A stretch of 64,000 nt of DNA from a virus: positions 1-64,000 of IMG/VR virus record IMGVR_UViG_3300037010_001749, one strand, 5' to 3'. Position 1 is the first letter of the stretch. Each line of letters begins with the position of its first letter. Of the stretch, positions 1-10,027 are shown in pieces. The translations under genes and the position numbers were made by a program. The notes beneath the pieces were generated by a model. That model made no database searches and was not told the origin of the DNA. It saw only the letters and a list, made by a program, of their open reading frames with translations.

Positions 1-396
1 GCCGGGGAAAGGGCCGGGGGGATCGACGCCTACGGCTACTGGGTTGTGAAGCTAGAAGGTAAGAGCTACAAGGCCCACAGACTTGCTTGGGCCTTCATTC
101 ATCGGGCATGGCCGGCCGGAGATTTGGGCCACAAGTTCGGTTCTCGCCAAGACAACCGTGTAGCCTTTTTGCGCCCGGCCTCGCGAAAAGCCAATGCGGA
201 GAACCGCCGGCAACCCCGAGCAGGCAACACGTCCGGTTTCTTGGGGGTGTCTTGGTCGGCCAGCAAGCAGAAGTTCGCCGCACAGCTTGCCTCTGGTGGT
301 ATCAACAAGCACCTAGGGTACTTCGTCGATCCTGCTGAAGGCCACCAGGTGTACCTTGAGACCAAGCGGGTGTCACATGCTGCGTGTACCCTATGA
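1..396 (+). CDS. HNH homing endonuclease with AP2-like C-terminal domain, 5'-truncated by the window
   Basis: Frame is open from base 1. Shows AHRLAW..GH..G..DNR..LR, then G..GVSW...KF.AQ...HLGYF. The usual DH motif reads GH, so it may be degenerate. Confidence 0.75.
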   Translation, partial: AGERAGGIDAYGYWVVKLEGKSYKAHRLAWAFIHRAWPAGDLGHKFGSRQDNRVAFLRPASRKANAENRRQPRAGNTSGFLGVSWSASKQKFAAQLASGGINKHLGYFVDPAEGHQVYLETKRVSHAACTL

Positions 397-815
397 GCTT
401 CGAAGCAGCCCGCTCTGACATCGTCGCGGCGGCCGAGGCGGCAAGGGCCGCCTGGGTCGGTGCACCATCCCCATTGCTCGTCGAGTACGACAATCTGCGC
501 CTGGTCGATGTCGACCAGCAGATCTCTCCGTACGTCTGCGTCGAGATCCACTTCATCGACGGTGAGCAACTGAGCTTAGGGCTTCCCCGGGTCGTGGCCG
601 ACTATGGCCAGGTCCACATCGTTGTACACACGCCGGCAGGGGCCGGAAGCCTGGTGGCCAAGAGGCTCCTCGACCACTTTCGCACATTCTTCGAACTGAA
701 GACCTTTTCTGCAGTGCGCACCCACGCAACCAAGGGTGCCTCCACCTTCTTGGCCGAAGGCTGGGAGTGCACACCGCTCATCGTGCCCTTCTGGGTACAC
801 CGCCTTGTCAGCTGA
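393..815 (+). CDS. Tail terminator/completion-like protein
   Basis: About 140 aa, immediately before the tail tube gene; G.V.I.V.TPAGAG pattern; ATGA overlap with the HNH stop. Confidence 0.6.
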   Translation: MSFEAARSDIVAAAEAARAAWVGAPSPLLVEYDNLRLVDVDQQISPYVCVEIHFIDGEQLSLGLPRVVADYGQVHIVVHTPAGAGSLVAKRLLDHFRTFFELKTFSAVRTHATKGASTFLAEGWECTPLIVPFWVHRLVS

Positions 816-860
816 CGTTCGGCAAGTGATAATCGCCGAGCCCGAACCTGGAGAAACTCC

Positions 861-2081
861 ATGACCATCGCTACTACCAGCCGTGCGCAGCTGCGCCGAA
901 TTCCCGAAACCACCTTCGGCACTACCCCCGTTATCGGCAATGGCTGGAACCTTCGGGTCACCGGCGAGTCGTTCAACTTCGACATCAAGAAGGAGATGTC
1001 GAAGGAGCTGCGTGCTGACCGGCAGATCGGCTATGCTGTGCCTGTGTCGGCTGGTGCTACAGGCGGTTTCAACTTCCATCTGAACTACGGCGAGTACGAC
1101 CCCGAGATCGAGTCGGTGTTGCAGGGCGCCTGGGCGATCTACGGCACCAACGGCGTGGGCACGACCTTCACGGCTGACTTCACCGCCACCACCATCACTG
1201 CCACCGTGGCGCCGACTGGCGCCAACGCGTTTACGACCCTGCAGAAGGGCCAATGGTTCCGACTGCTGGCCCCCAGCCACGCGAACAACGGCCTGATTTT
1301 GCGCGTTTCGCCCACCACGGCTCCGACCAGCACCGTCATCACCCTCGACGCGGCCACGCCTGCGGCCGTGGGCAGCGCTATCGCCCTGTGCGTTGTGCAA
1401 AGCGCCCGGGTGTCGAACGGCACCACGCAGACATCCTTCAGCTATGAGAAGGAGTTCCCGGACGTCGCGCAGCTGCTCGTGTTCCGCGGCATGACCCCGG
1501 GCAAGTTGACGTTGAACTTCGCATCTGCCGCGCTGACCGACGGCTCGTTTGAGTTCATGGGCAAGAACGCGGTGCGCGGCGTTACCACCTTCATGCCTGG
1601 TACAGCCGTGGCTTCCCGCACGTTCGAGATCATGAACGGCGCCAGCGGCGTTGGCCAGCTGTACGAAGCCGGCGTGGCCTTGACCACGACCTTCATCAAG
1701 AGCCTGGCTCTGACCGTTGACAACGTCCAGCGCAGCCAGGAAGCTATCGGCACCCTGGGCTACGTGGGCATCGGTTCCGGCACCGTTCAGGTCAAGGCCA
1801 CGATGGAGGTCTACTTTTCGGACGGCTCTCTGTACGACAAGTTCGTGGCCAACACCTACACCTCGCTGACCGTGGGCTCGGTGGATACAGCCGGCAACGG
1901 CTACGTGGTGAGCATGCCCCGGGTCAACATCATGTCTGGCAAGATCGTGGCCGGCAGTAAGGACACAGACCTGATGGCCAGCTTCGAAGTGATGGCCCTG
2001 GCCGATGACGCGAACGCCACCGTGGCGCTGCGCAAGACCCTCTTCATCGACCGCTTCGGTGTGGCCCTCGCTCCTCTGTAA
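861..2081 (+). CDS. Major tail tube protein
   Basis: GGAG RBS; N-terminal E.TFGTTP...LRVTGESF; Thr/Ala-rich beta protein; followed by terminator, chaperone and tape measure genes. Confidence 0.8.
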   Translation: MTIATTSRAQLRRIPETTFGTTPVIGNGWNLRVTGESFNFDIKKEMSKELRADRQIGYAVPVSAGATGGFNFHLNYGEYDPEIESVLQGAWAIYGTNGVGTTFTADFTATTITATVAPTGANAFTTLQKGQWFRLLAPSHANNGLILRVSPTTAPTSTVITLDAATPAAVGSAIALCVVQSARVSNGTTQTSFSYEKEFPDVAQLLVFRGMTPGKLTLNFASAALTDGSFEFMGKNAVRGVTTFMPGTAVASRTFEIMNGASGVGQLYEAGVALTTTFIKSLALTVDNVQRSQEAIGTLGYVGIGSGTVQVKATMEVYFSDGSLYDKFVANTYTSLTVGSVDTAGNGYVVSMPRVNIMSGKIVAGSKDTDLMASFEVMALADDANATVALRKTLFIDRFGVALAPL

Positions 2082-2099
2082 GCTGGTAGCGCTGCAGCC

Positions 2100-2122
2100 A
2101 AGGGCCCTTCGGGGCCCTTTTT
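2100..2122 (+). terminator. Rho-independent terminator
   Basis: AAGGGCCC-TTCG-GGGCCCTT followed by a T-run, just after the tail tube stop. Confidence 0.85.
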
Positions 2123-2178
2123 GTTGCGCGCTTATCTCTGCCTCTGCTAGACTCTGCCGCCTACCCTTGGAGGACCTT

Positions 2179-2604
2179 TTGGACATTTTTGCTGCATTTG
2201 CCACCGACGAGTCTGCTGAAGAAGACGGCGTCGTTCATTTCCTTTCGGCCGGAAAGACAGACCCTGCGGTCGACCCGTGGATTCGTGTGGCGCGCCTGGG
2301 CAACTCGGCCTACACGAAGAAGGTCTCCGCGGTCTACGCCCGGCTGAATGCCGAGAAGGCTGCCGAGGGCCTCAGCGAAGCTGAGGTCGAGATCCGCTCG
2401 AAGAACTCGATGACAGAGGTCTTTTCCGAGACCTTGCTCAAGGACTTCGGCAACCTGTCGTTCCAGAAGCAGCCCATCACGCCGACCCCCGAGTGGAAGA
2501 TGTCGCTCATGCGCGTCAAGGACTTCCGCGAGCGCGTCGTGGAACTGGCCGCCCAGGTCGACCACTACAAGTACAAGGACCAGCAGGCCGCTTCGGGAAA
2601 CTGA
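2179..2604 (+). CDS. Tail assembly chaperone (gpG-like)
   Basis: GGAGG at 2169 then TTG start; lies between tube and tape measure; ends in slippery G GGA AAC TGA. Confidence 0.75.
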   Translation: MDIFAAFATDESAEEDGVVHFLSAGKTDPAVDPWIRVARLGNSAYTKKVSAVYARLNAEKAAEGLSEAEVEIRSKNSMTEVFSETLLKDFGNLSFQKQPITPTPEWKMSLMRVKDFRERVVELAAQVDHYKYKDQQAASGN

Positions 2605-2975
2605 AGGCCTGCCTGAAGTGGAAGCTGGAGTGGGGCCCTTCCGCGGCCTACCTTGCCGAATTACACAAGCTGACCGGCAAGGTCCCAAAAGCCCTTCAGG
2701 ACAGGCCAGCCCTTCGAGGTGAATTACAGGTCTACTGGTTGGGCTACCAACGGCTCAGCCGGGCCCGCCAATGGCACGATGGCAACCCGCAGTCCATCAC
2801 AGTATCCGAGTGCTTCGCCTACTGCGCAGCGATGCGCTGGCAGAACCCCGAGTTCTTGTCGGACTTCCTGGACATCGTCCAAGATATGGACGACACGTTC
2901 ATAGAGCACATGGCGGCCAAGTCTGCGGAGCGTGCGGCGGCCAGGTCTACAGGATCTGACGTTGTGACCCAGTAG
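2595..2975 (+). CDS. Tail assembly chaperone gpT-like portion, reached by -1 frameshift
   Basis: The -1 frame (track ORF 2493..2975) is open after GGGAAAC at 2595-2601; canonical G/GT arrangement. Confidence 0.7.
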   Translation, partial: GKLKACLKWKLEWGPSAAYLAELHKLTGKVPKALQDRPALRGELQVYWLGYQRLSRARQWHDGNPQSITVSECFAYCAAMRWQNPEFLSDFLDIVQDMDDTFIEHMAAKSAERAAARSTGSDVVTQ

Positions 2976-3010
2976 GCCGGCGACGATAATCTCCTCGAAG
3001 AGGTGAACCA

Positions 3011-6000
3011 ATGTCCGGACCTACCCTTGGCCTGAATATCACTGGCACTGGCCAGGCGAAGATCGAAGCGACGATCAGCGCCATTGATCGCCTGGCAGCG
3101 GCGCTGCGCACGCTGCCGGCCGCGGCCGCGGAAATCGACAAGATCAACAAGGCGCTGAACAAGGCGCCCGCGGGCCCCAGCGGCTTGAAGGGCGGCGCGG
3201 CTGACCTCAAGGAACTTGTCGGCGAGTTCAAGAACCTCGGCGCCCAGCTGAACACGTCGTTCGCCTCGCTTGAGGAGACGATCAAGAAGGGCTGGGCCAA
3301 GGCCCAGAAGGCTAACGCTGAGGGCGAGGCCAGCGTAAAGAGCAGCGGAAAGGCCAAGAAGGCTCTGACCTTCACTTCCGTGGGCACGAACGGCCAGCCC
3401 GTCGAGGTTGACGCTGGCTGGTTCGCCAAGCTGCAGACCGGGGCAGAGAAGTTCCAGGTCACCCAAGCACTCGCCGCTCAGAAGGAAGCCGCTGCCATCG
3501 AAGCGGCAGCGGCCAAGAAGGCTGCTGCTCAGGAGAAGGCTGATGCCGTTCTACGCGCAGCCTTCGACAAGAAGTACGCCAAGGAAGCCGACTGGCTCCA
3601 AAAGCTGAAGAACGAGTCGGCCAAGATGGCCGAAGCGCAGCGGGAGGCCGCTGAACGGGAGGCCGCGGCCGCGGCACTTGCTGCACAGCGGAGGGAGGCC
3701 ACCATACAGGTGGCAGACGCCAGGCTGCGGGCAGCCTACGACAAGGCGAATGAGGCTGAAGCAGCCCGGATCCAGGCCCTCAAGTTGAACTCGGCCAAGA
3801 TGGCCGAAGCGCAGCGGGAGGCCGCTGAACGGGAGGCCGCGGCCGCGGCACTTGCTGCACAGCGAAAGGCAGCGCTTGAGGAAGCCCGGATCCAGGCCCT
3901 CAAGTTGAACTCGGCCAAGATGGCCGAAGCGCAGCGGGAGGCCGCTGAACGGGAGGCCGCGGCCATCTCGGCTGCAGCGGCCAAGCTTGCGGCTGCCCAG
4001 CGCGCTACAGATGCTCGCTACGCCGAGGCGACGCCGGCCCAGAAGGCCCGGACCGTGCTTGGCGCCCGTGCACTACTCGATCAGCCAGGTGCTACCCCGA
4101 GTGAGGCGGCCGGCAAGTTCGGCGGCGCTGCAGCTGCGGCCGCAGAGCAGACCACCTTCGCCAACGCCATGCAGAAGGTGCATGGTGAGATCGAGCACGG
4201 CGTGCCCAAGCTCGAGGGCTACAACCGTGCGCTCAAGGACCTGCACAATGGCCTACGCGGCGTGGCCAGTGGATTCGGGCAGATGGCTCTCACCTGGAGT
4301 GCCATCGGCCCATTGCTGGCCGGCGCGGCCATTGGCCAAAGCTTCGTCCAGAGCATCAAGATCGGCGCTTCAGTGCGCCAGGACTTGGAAGAGCTGCGCG
4401 TCCTCTCTGAGGAGTCCCAAGGCGCCGTGTCGGGACTTGAGAAGCAGCTGATCTCGCTGGGCCAGACTGGCCCCTTCGGTCCACGTGAGGTGGCTGATGC
4501 GATGAAGACCCTGTCGCTGGCCGGCCTGGATGCCCAGCAAGTCGGCCAGGCTCTGAAGCCTGCCCTGGACTTCGCCATCACCGGCGGCGTCACCATCCAG
4601 AAATCATCCGAAAGCCTTGTGGCCATCGGCACGGCCTACGGCTACCAGGCCAGTGAGTTCGGCCTTGTGGCCGATGCTGTGGCCAAAGCCGCAGCGATCT
4701 CCATGTCCAGCGTCAGCGGGATGATGGAGTCGTTCAAAGCTTCGTCGGTTGTCGCCCAGGCGTATGGCGTATCGCTAAAAGACACAGCCACTACGCTGGC
4801 CATGCTGGCCAACATCGGCATTCGAGGTTCTGCGGCCGGTACGGCCATGAGGCAGATGTACGCCGAGATCTCAGGCGCAACTGGGAGCACCCGGAAGGCG
4901 ATGAAAGACCTGGGAGTCTCGGTGGTGGAGGAGGGCGGCAAGATGCGCCCAGTGATCGACATCTTCCTCGATCTTTCGAAGGCTCTCGACAAGTACAAAG
5001 GCAAGGCCCAGATCGCCGCAATCCAAGCCATCTCCAACAACCGCGGCGAGAAGAGCGTTGTTGCCGACCTGGTCGGCATCCGCACACCGGCGAAAGCACA
5101 GATCGACCCCAACGTCGCTGCTGTGGCGCCACGAGGTATCCGCGCCGAGATGGAGGCCATCGAAGCGCAGGCGAAGCGCATGGGCCAGTCGGCTACCTCC
5201 GAACTTGAGCGGATCCGCCAGCTGATCGAGGAGTCCGCAGGCTTCAACGCCATCGCTGCTTCGGAGCTTGCCTCCACACCTGAGAACTTGATGAAGGGGG
5301 TGGTCGCCAGCCTGCAGACGTCGCTGTTCGAAGCCTTCAAAGCGCTCGAGCCGACGCTCATCGTCGCAGCCACGCAGATGCGCGACGTGTTCAATAGCCA
5401 GGGCTTCCGAGACGGCATCACCACTCTTGTGCAGCTGATGGGCGCGTTCACGGCCGCGGTCATCGACAACATCGGGTGGCTGAAGTACCTGGCCATCGGC
5501 TTCGCAGCCTTTAAGGGCCTCCAGATCTTCCAGTTGGCGCTCAGCGCTACAGCAGTTGTCCTGGGCATCGTGAGCAAGGAGCTTGTCGTGACCTCGGGCG
5601 GGATCATGGCCGCCGGTGCAGCCAGTGCTGCGGCCACGCCTGCGCTCACGGGTATGGCGCTGGCCGCCCGAGGCTTGAGCGTGGCCCTGGCTATTGCTGG
5701 CCCCTTGGCCTTGGTTTTGACCGCCGCAGCGTTTGCCTGGCAGCTCTACGGGCAGTACAAGCGGGACGCCAATGCGGACGCCGCGCAAGACCGCCAGGCC
5801 AACACGCTGGAGTCTCTTCGCAAGGAGAAGGAGCGCCTGACCGCAGTGGCTGGCGAGATGTCGAAGGGTACTGAAGCGCGCCTGGCTGAGGTGCGTGCGA
5901 TGGACGCCCAGGCGGCCGCGCAGCGGCGACTGGACTACGACAAGGGTCGTAGTCCCTACATTGACCGTCTGACAGACCTTCGAGGTCTGAAGGACAAGTA

Positions 6001-7954
6001 CGTAAAGGAAGGTCGCACCGGCCAGATTGGTGAAGTTGACCGCCAGATTGCCGGAGCCGAGCAGAACCTGGGCTACTACGACCAGTCGTTCGGCAGAAGC
6101 GAGAAGGCCATCGCCAGCGAGCGCATCCAGGTCCAGGCCCTGTCCAATGGTCTCGACATCCTTCGGCAGGCCCGGCAGAGGTCCGGCCCCACCGAAGGCA
6201 AGAACGGGAACGACCAGGAGGACGCTGTCGCGATCGGCAACTCAAAGCTTGACCTCCTGAAGAAGCAGTACACCCGTGAAGATCAGGAGTCCCAGACGGC
6301 GTACCGCCGTGAGATGGAACTGCTGGACATCCGGTACAAGGGCAAGCTGGTCTCCGAGGCGGAATACTCTACGCGCTCTGAGGAACTATCGAGCGAACTC
6401 TACAAGCGTGATATCACCAACCTTGAGCGTTATGTCACCGAGTCGGCTCGGCTGATTACCTTGCTGCAATCAGACCCGAAGAAGGCGACCAAGTCCAAGG
6501 GTGTGATTGCCGAGATCGAGGCTGAGCGCGCCGAGAAGCTGGCCCAGCTGAACTTCCTACAGTCTAAGAACGTGGCGCAGCAAGACGCCCGGGCCAACAC
6601 GCAAGGCCTGCAGTTGAAGGCGGGTCTGGACAAGCTGCGTGAGACCGTCGCGTTGCAGGAAGAAAAGTACGCGGCCGACCTGCGCACGCTGGGCATGACG
6701 CCCGGGATGATCGCAGCTGAGCAGGCCATGGCTGACGTGCGCTCGAAGGGCGCTGCGGCCATGCGGAAGACTGTCGAGATCTACGTGCAGGCTCAGCAGG
6801 AGCTGAACAAGCTTGAGTCGGCCCCTGTCCCTGACCTCGATACTGATGCCGATGCTTACCTAGCGCGCCAAGCGCGGATTGCCACGCTGCAGAAGCAACT
6901 TGCGGATCTGCGCAAGTCCCTCAACGCCGGCGCGCAGACCGTGGAGACCCAGGCAGGGAAGTCTGGCGCAGCGGCCAAAGGCTCGACTGACTTTGGCAAC
7001 GCCGCCTGGCGCAAGTGGATGGAGGAAGGGCTCAATGCCGTCACCGTCCTCGAAGGGGCGCGCAACGAGTTCATGAATGGCTGGATCAGCCAAGGCCAGA
7101 CCATGTGGGAGGCTTGGCTCAAGACTGGCAAGGTCAGCTGGAAGGCTCTCGGAGACCTTGCGATCAAGACCATTGCCGACATCAGCTACAAGCAAGGCAT
7201 CGGTCAGGTCTTTGCCAAGGCTGGCGAAGGGCTGTTCAACCGAGTTGCCCCATTGGTACAGGGCAATGTCAGCAACGAGACTCGAAAGGACATCGACGTC
7301 CTGAAGCAGAGTTCTGACGAGCTCGGGCAGTCCATGACCAAGCTGGGGGGGAGCTTCTGGCAGCTTCTGCAGGAAGCCGGCCAAGGGTTCGCCACGATGT
7401 TCCAGGAAGCTGGAGGCAGCAGCGGTGGTTTCCTATCCAGCCTCCTTAAGGGCGGAGGTGGTGGTGGGAAAGACAGCTACCAGGAATCCGACGGCTCGGG
7501 CGGCTTTACGACGGTTGACGTGACCAACGCAAGAGGCAACGCGTTCAGCGCTCAAGGGCTGATCCACGCCTTCGCCAAAGGCGGTCTGCCTACAAATAGC
7601 GTTATCGACCAGCCGCACTACTTCCGATTCGGTGGGAGCAAGCTGGGCGTCGCCGGTGAAGCCGGCCCAGAGGCGATCATGCCTTTGACCAGGGGCTCAG
7701 ACGGTACCCTGGGCGTACGCGCGCAGGGAGTCGGAGGCGGCTCGGGGTCAGTGAGTGTCGTGTCGAAGACGACCGTGGTCATCGAGAATCACGGAGGCGG
7801 TCCGGAGCCTGTGGTGCAGCAGCAAAAACAACCCAATGGTGACGAGCTGATTCGTGTGGTGATCGGAGCTGCCGCGAAAGATATCAATCGCGGCGGGGAC
7901 CTGAGGAAGAGCGTGCAAGGCGTGCAAGGCCGTAGCAACCTGCCGAGGTACTGA
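3011..7954 (+). CDS. Tape measure protein
   Basis: 1647 aa, Ala-rich helical; TP901-type core (LANIGIRGSAAGT); hydrophobic segments; C-terminal FAKGG...GEAGPEAIMPL motif. Confidence 0.93.
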   Translation: MSGPTLGLNITGTGQAKIEATISAIDRLAAALRTLPAAAAEIDKINKALNKAPAGPSGLKGGAADLKELVGEFKNLGAQLNTSFASLEETIKKGWAKAQKANAEGEASVKSSGKAKKALTFTSVGTNGQPVEVDAGWFAKLQTGAEKFQVTQALAAQKEAAAIEAAAAKKAAAQEKADAVLRAAFDKKYAKEADWLQKLKNESAKMAEAQREAAEREAAAAALAAQRREATIQVADARLRAAYDKANEAEAARIQALKLNSAKMAEAQREAAEREAAAAALAAQRKAALEEARIQALKLNSAKMAEAQREAAEREAAAISAAAAKLAAAQRATDARYAEATPAQKARTVLGARALLDQPGATPSEAAGKFGGAAAAAAEQTTFANAMQKVHGEIEHGVPKLEGYNRALKDLHNGLRGVASGFGQMALTWSAIGPLLAGAAIGQSFVQSIKIGASVRQDLEELRVLSEESQGAVSGLEKQLISLGQTGPFGPREVADAMKTLSLAGLDAQQVGQALKPALDFAITGGVTIQKSSESLVAIGTAYGYQASEFGLVADAVAKAAAISMSSVSGMMESFKASSVVAQAYGVSLKDTATTLAMLANIGIRGSAAGTAMRQMYAEISGATGSTRKAMKDLGVSVVEEGGKMRPVIDIFLDLSKALDKYKGKAQIAAIQAISNNRGEKSVVADLVGIRTPAKAQIDPNVAAVAPRGIRAEMEAIEAQAKRMGQSATSELERIRQLIEESAGFNAIAASELASTPENLMKGVVASLQTSLFEAFKALEPTLIVAATQMRDVFNSQGFRDGITTLVQLMGAFTAAVIDNIGWLKYLAIGFAAFKGLQIFQLALSATAVVLGIVSKELVVTSGGIMAAGAASAAATPALTGMALAARGLSVALAIAGPLALVLTAAAFAWQLYGQYKRDANADAAQDRQANTLESLRKEKERLTAVAGEMSKGTEARLAEVRAMDAQAAAQRRLDYDKGRSPYIDRLTDLRGLKDKYVKEGRTGQIGEVDRQIAGAEQNLGYYDQSFGRSEKAIASERIQVQALSNGLDILRQARQRSGPTEGKNGNDQEDAVAIGNSKLDLLKKQYTREDQESQTAYRREMELLDIRYKGKLVSEAEYSTRSEELSSELYKRDITNLERYVTESARLITLLQSDPKKATKSKGVIAEIEAERAEKLAQLNFLQSKNVAQQDARANTQGLQLKAGLDKLRETVALQEEKYAADLRTLGMTPGMIAAEQAMADVRSKGAAAMRKTVEIYVQAQQELNKLESAPVPDLDTDADAYLARQARIATLQKQLADLRKSLNAGAQTVETQAGKSGAAAKGSTDFGNAAWRKWMEEGLNAVTVLEGARNEFMNGWISQGQTMWEAWLKTGKVSWKALGDLAIKTIADISYKQGIGQVFAKAGEGLFNRVAPLVQGNVSNETRKDIDVLKQSSDELGQSMTKLGGSFWQLLQEAGQGFATMFQEAGGSSGGFLSSLLKGGGGGGKDSYQESDGSGGFTTVDVTNARGNAFSAQGLIHAFAKGGLPTNSVIDQPHYFRFGGSKLGVAGEAGPEAIMPLTRGSDGTLGVRAQGVGGGSGSVSVVSKTTVVIENHGGGPEPVVQQQKQPNGDELIRVVIGAAAKDINRGGDLRKSVQGVQGRSNLPRY
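3617..3965 (+). repeat. Three near-identical in-frame repeats in the tape measure gene
   Basis: TCGGCCAAGATGGCCGAAGCGCAGCGGGAGGCCGCTGAACGGGAGGCCGCGGCC at 3617, 3791 and 3911. Confidence 0.95.
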
Positions 7955-9096
7955 TGAGCCTACCTGAAGTCCAGATGCCTGCGGAGTTCCCAGCATTCCA
8001 GGCTGGGAACCACGTGCACACGCCAGAGGCCCTGCATTTGTCGGTGCCCAGGCAGACCGGCCACGACCGAAAGCGGAAGCTTTTCACTACAGCGCCCCGC
8101 ATGGTCCAGACAGCCTTCGAGCTAACCCAGGAGCAGACAGACACGCTCCACGCTTGGTATGAGAACGCTTTGCAGGCTGGCTCCATGCCATTTGCTGCCA
8201 ACGTGGCCAAGATCGGAGCGGGCACCGAGTGGTGGAAAGCTTACATCGTAGGGGGGTACTCGGCTGACTACCAGGCCGGAGGTCTGTACCTTGTCACCTT
8301 GACCTTGCGTCTTTGCGGTCTACCGTCTGACACAGGCCCGGTACTCACGTCCATGGCTACAGAGCTAACCATCAACCTGGTGGCCAGCACTGGGCCTGAT
8401 AGTGACCAAAGCCTGGCGTCAGAATTGGACTTGGCTTTGGAGACTTCCGTAGACCTGGGACCCCGGCTGTTTACAGAGGCCTTCGTACACCTCTACAACA
8501 CTTTGGCAGGTGGGCCTGCTAACCCTTCGCTCGAGTCTGAGGTCTTCTGCCATTTGCAAACCCTGTCCATCGTGGTTCCAGGAGAACTGTTCGCCTCTGA
8601 GGCAGTTGTGCAGCTGCTCGGGGTTGCCCTAGCTGACACCGGCATAGGATCAGAGGCCTCGATCGGGCTGCTCGGCTCGATAGCCACAGGCTCAAATTAC
8701 GTGGCAACGCCTGCTGCACTTTCGGTGTACGCCTACATGGGTTACTCGCCAGGGGGGCAGGCCGCCGCGAGCGTTCGGTATGGCAACGACGGGCAGATAC
8801 TCAAGCGGCAGAACACGTCTGGATCAGTCCTGCATGACAACTGGTGGAGCCCGACCCAGCCGGCAGTGGGCTCTGGCCACTGGGTCAGAATGACGCTCCT
8901 GACGGGCACTTTCAGCTCAGGGTCTGACGCTGCCGGGGTGTGGCTAGATCTCAGCACCAGCAGGCTCTGGCAGAAAACCTTGTCCAGTACAGGTACGGCC
9001 GGGCTGACAGCCACTGCCGAAGTGGCTATGGACCCTGATGGCACGCACGTGGTGAGCACCATGGCGGTAACACTTGACGTGGAGTACGCAACCTAA
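7954..9096 (+). CDS. Distal tail (Dit/gpM-like) protein with C-terminal extension
   Basis: Directly after the tape measure; gpM-like N-terminal ~120 aa; six ~20-aa xxSE..L repeats; C-terminal beta domain. Confidence 0.55.
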   Translation: MSLPEVQMPAEFPAFQAGNHVHTPEALHLSVPRQTGHDRKRKLFTTAPRMVQTAFELTQEQTDTLHAWYENALQAGSMPFAANVAKIGAGTEWWKAYIVGGYSADYQAGGLYLVTLTLRLCGLPSDTGPVLTSMATELTINLVASTGPDSDQSLASELDLALETSVDLGPRLFTEAFVHLYNTLAGGPANPSLESEVFCHLQTLSIVVPGELFASEAVVQLLGVALADTGIGSEASIGLLGSIATGSNYVATPAALSVYAYMGYSPGGQAAASVRYGNDGQILKRQNTSGSVLHDNWWSPTQPAVGSGHWVRMTLLTGTFSSGSDAAGVWLDLSTSRLWQKTLSSTGTAGLTATAEVAMDPDGTHVVSTMAVTLDVEYAT

Positions 9097-9632
9097 TGCC
9101 TATTTTTGGCGAACCCCTCAACGGTGTCTCTCTGAGCGACGCGCTCAAAGAGGCGGCAACGCATGCGCCGGCTGACCGCGTGATGCTTGCGACTTACGAG
9201 TTCATCCATAGCAGCTTTACTGACCGCGCCCTGGTGGTGGTCAATCACGAGGATCTCGTGGCCAAGGATGAAAATGGCGTGGAGGTGACCTACGTGGCGA
9301 TTGCTGGCCTGCGTTCAGAAGGCTTAGAGCAATCAGACAAAGCATCTTCTCCATCCATCAAGCTGGCCCTTGACGGGGTGTCTCAGGCAATTATCGAAAA
9401 GCTAGATGCTGCCCTTGAGGGGCTGCAGCCCGTGACGCTTGTGGAGAGGGTCTATGCAAGCGATGACCTGGAGGGCCCAGCTGTACTTCCGCCCACGCGG
9501 GTGATCATCCGAACAGGTTCCGTCAGCGAGACCACGGTGGCTATCGAAGCTGGGTTTGGTGACCCGGCGAATCTACCGTTTCCGCGGGAGACTTACACAC
9601 GCCTGAAGTACCCAGGACTGGCACCTCAATGA
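9096..9632 (+). CDS. Minor tail protein (DUF1833/gpL-like)
   Basis: Synteny; ER.Y.SDDL.GP and L..PFPR..Y....YPGL motifs. Confidence 0.65.
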   Translation: MPIFGEPLNGVSLSDALKEAATHAPADRVMLATYEFIHSSFTDRALVVVNHEDLVAKDENGVEVTYVAIAGLRSEGLEQSDKASSPSIKLALDGVSQAIIEKLDAALEGLQPVTLVERVYASDDLEGPAVLPPTRVIIRTGSVSETTVAIEAGFGDPANLPFPRETYTRLKYPGLAPQ

Positions 9633-10027
9633 CCCACTGGGCTAACTCACTGGTGGGCAAGCCCTACCGCGCTGGAGCATCAGGACCTGACGCTTTCGAT
9701 TGCATCGGCCTGGTTCGTCACTGCTTCAAGAGTCTGCATGGGGTGGACCTTCCGGACTACGCCGTCCACTACGGAAGCCCGGAAGACTTGCGAAAGTTCA
9801 CCAGGGCCACAGGTTGGCGTCGCGGCGCGTTTCCCGCGGTAGACCAGGACTTGCTGGTGATGGAGGGCCTTGACGGACGACACGTGGGCATCGTTGTGGC
9901 TACCTCTGACGGACTTGGGTTGCTGCACGCAGCAGGCACAAATGACCATGGGCAGGTCGTTTGGCAACCGCTCGACACCCTGTTTGGTTACCGCAATATA
10001 GAGATCTGGAGGCGCTCGTGCACCTGA
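9629..10027 (+). CDS. NlpC/P60 tail tip peptidase (gpK-like)
   Basis: GKPY..G..GPDAFDC.GLV, HVGI and LHA catalytic motifs. Confidence 0.85.
   Translation: MTHWANSLVGKPYRAGASGPDAFDCIGLVRHCFKSLHGVDLPDYAVHYGSPEDLRKFTRATGWRRGAFPAVDQDLLVMEGLDGRHVGIVVATSDGLGLLHAAGTNDHGQVVWQPLDTLFGYRNIEIWRRSCT

Noticed and set aside
576-2204. Long antisense ORFs (576..2204, 20286..21500, 30226..31605 and similar)
   Set aside because: Shadow frames of GC-rich genes that have clear motifs on the opposite strand
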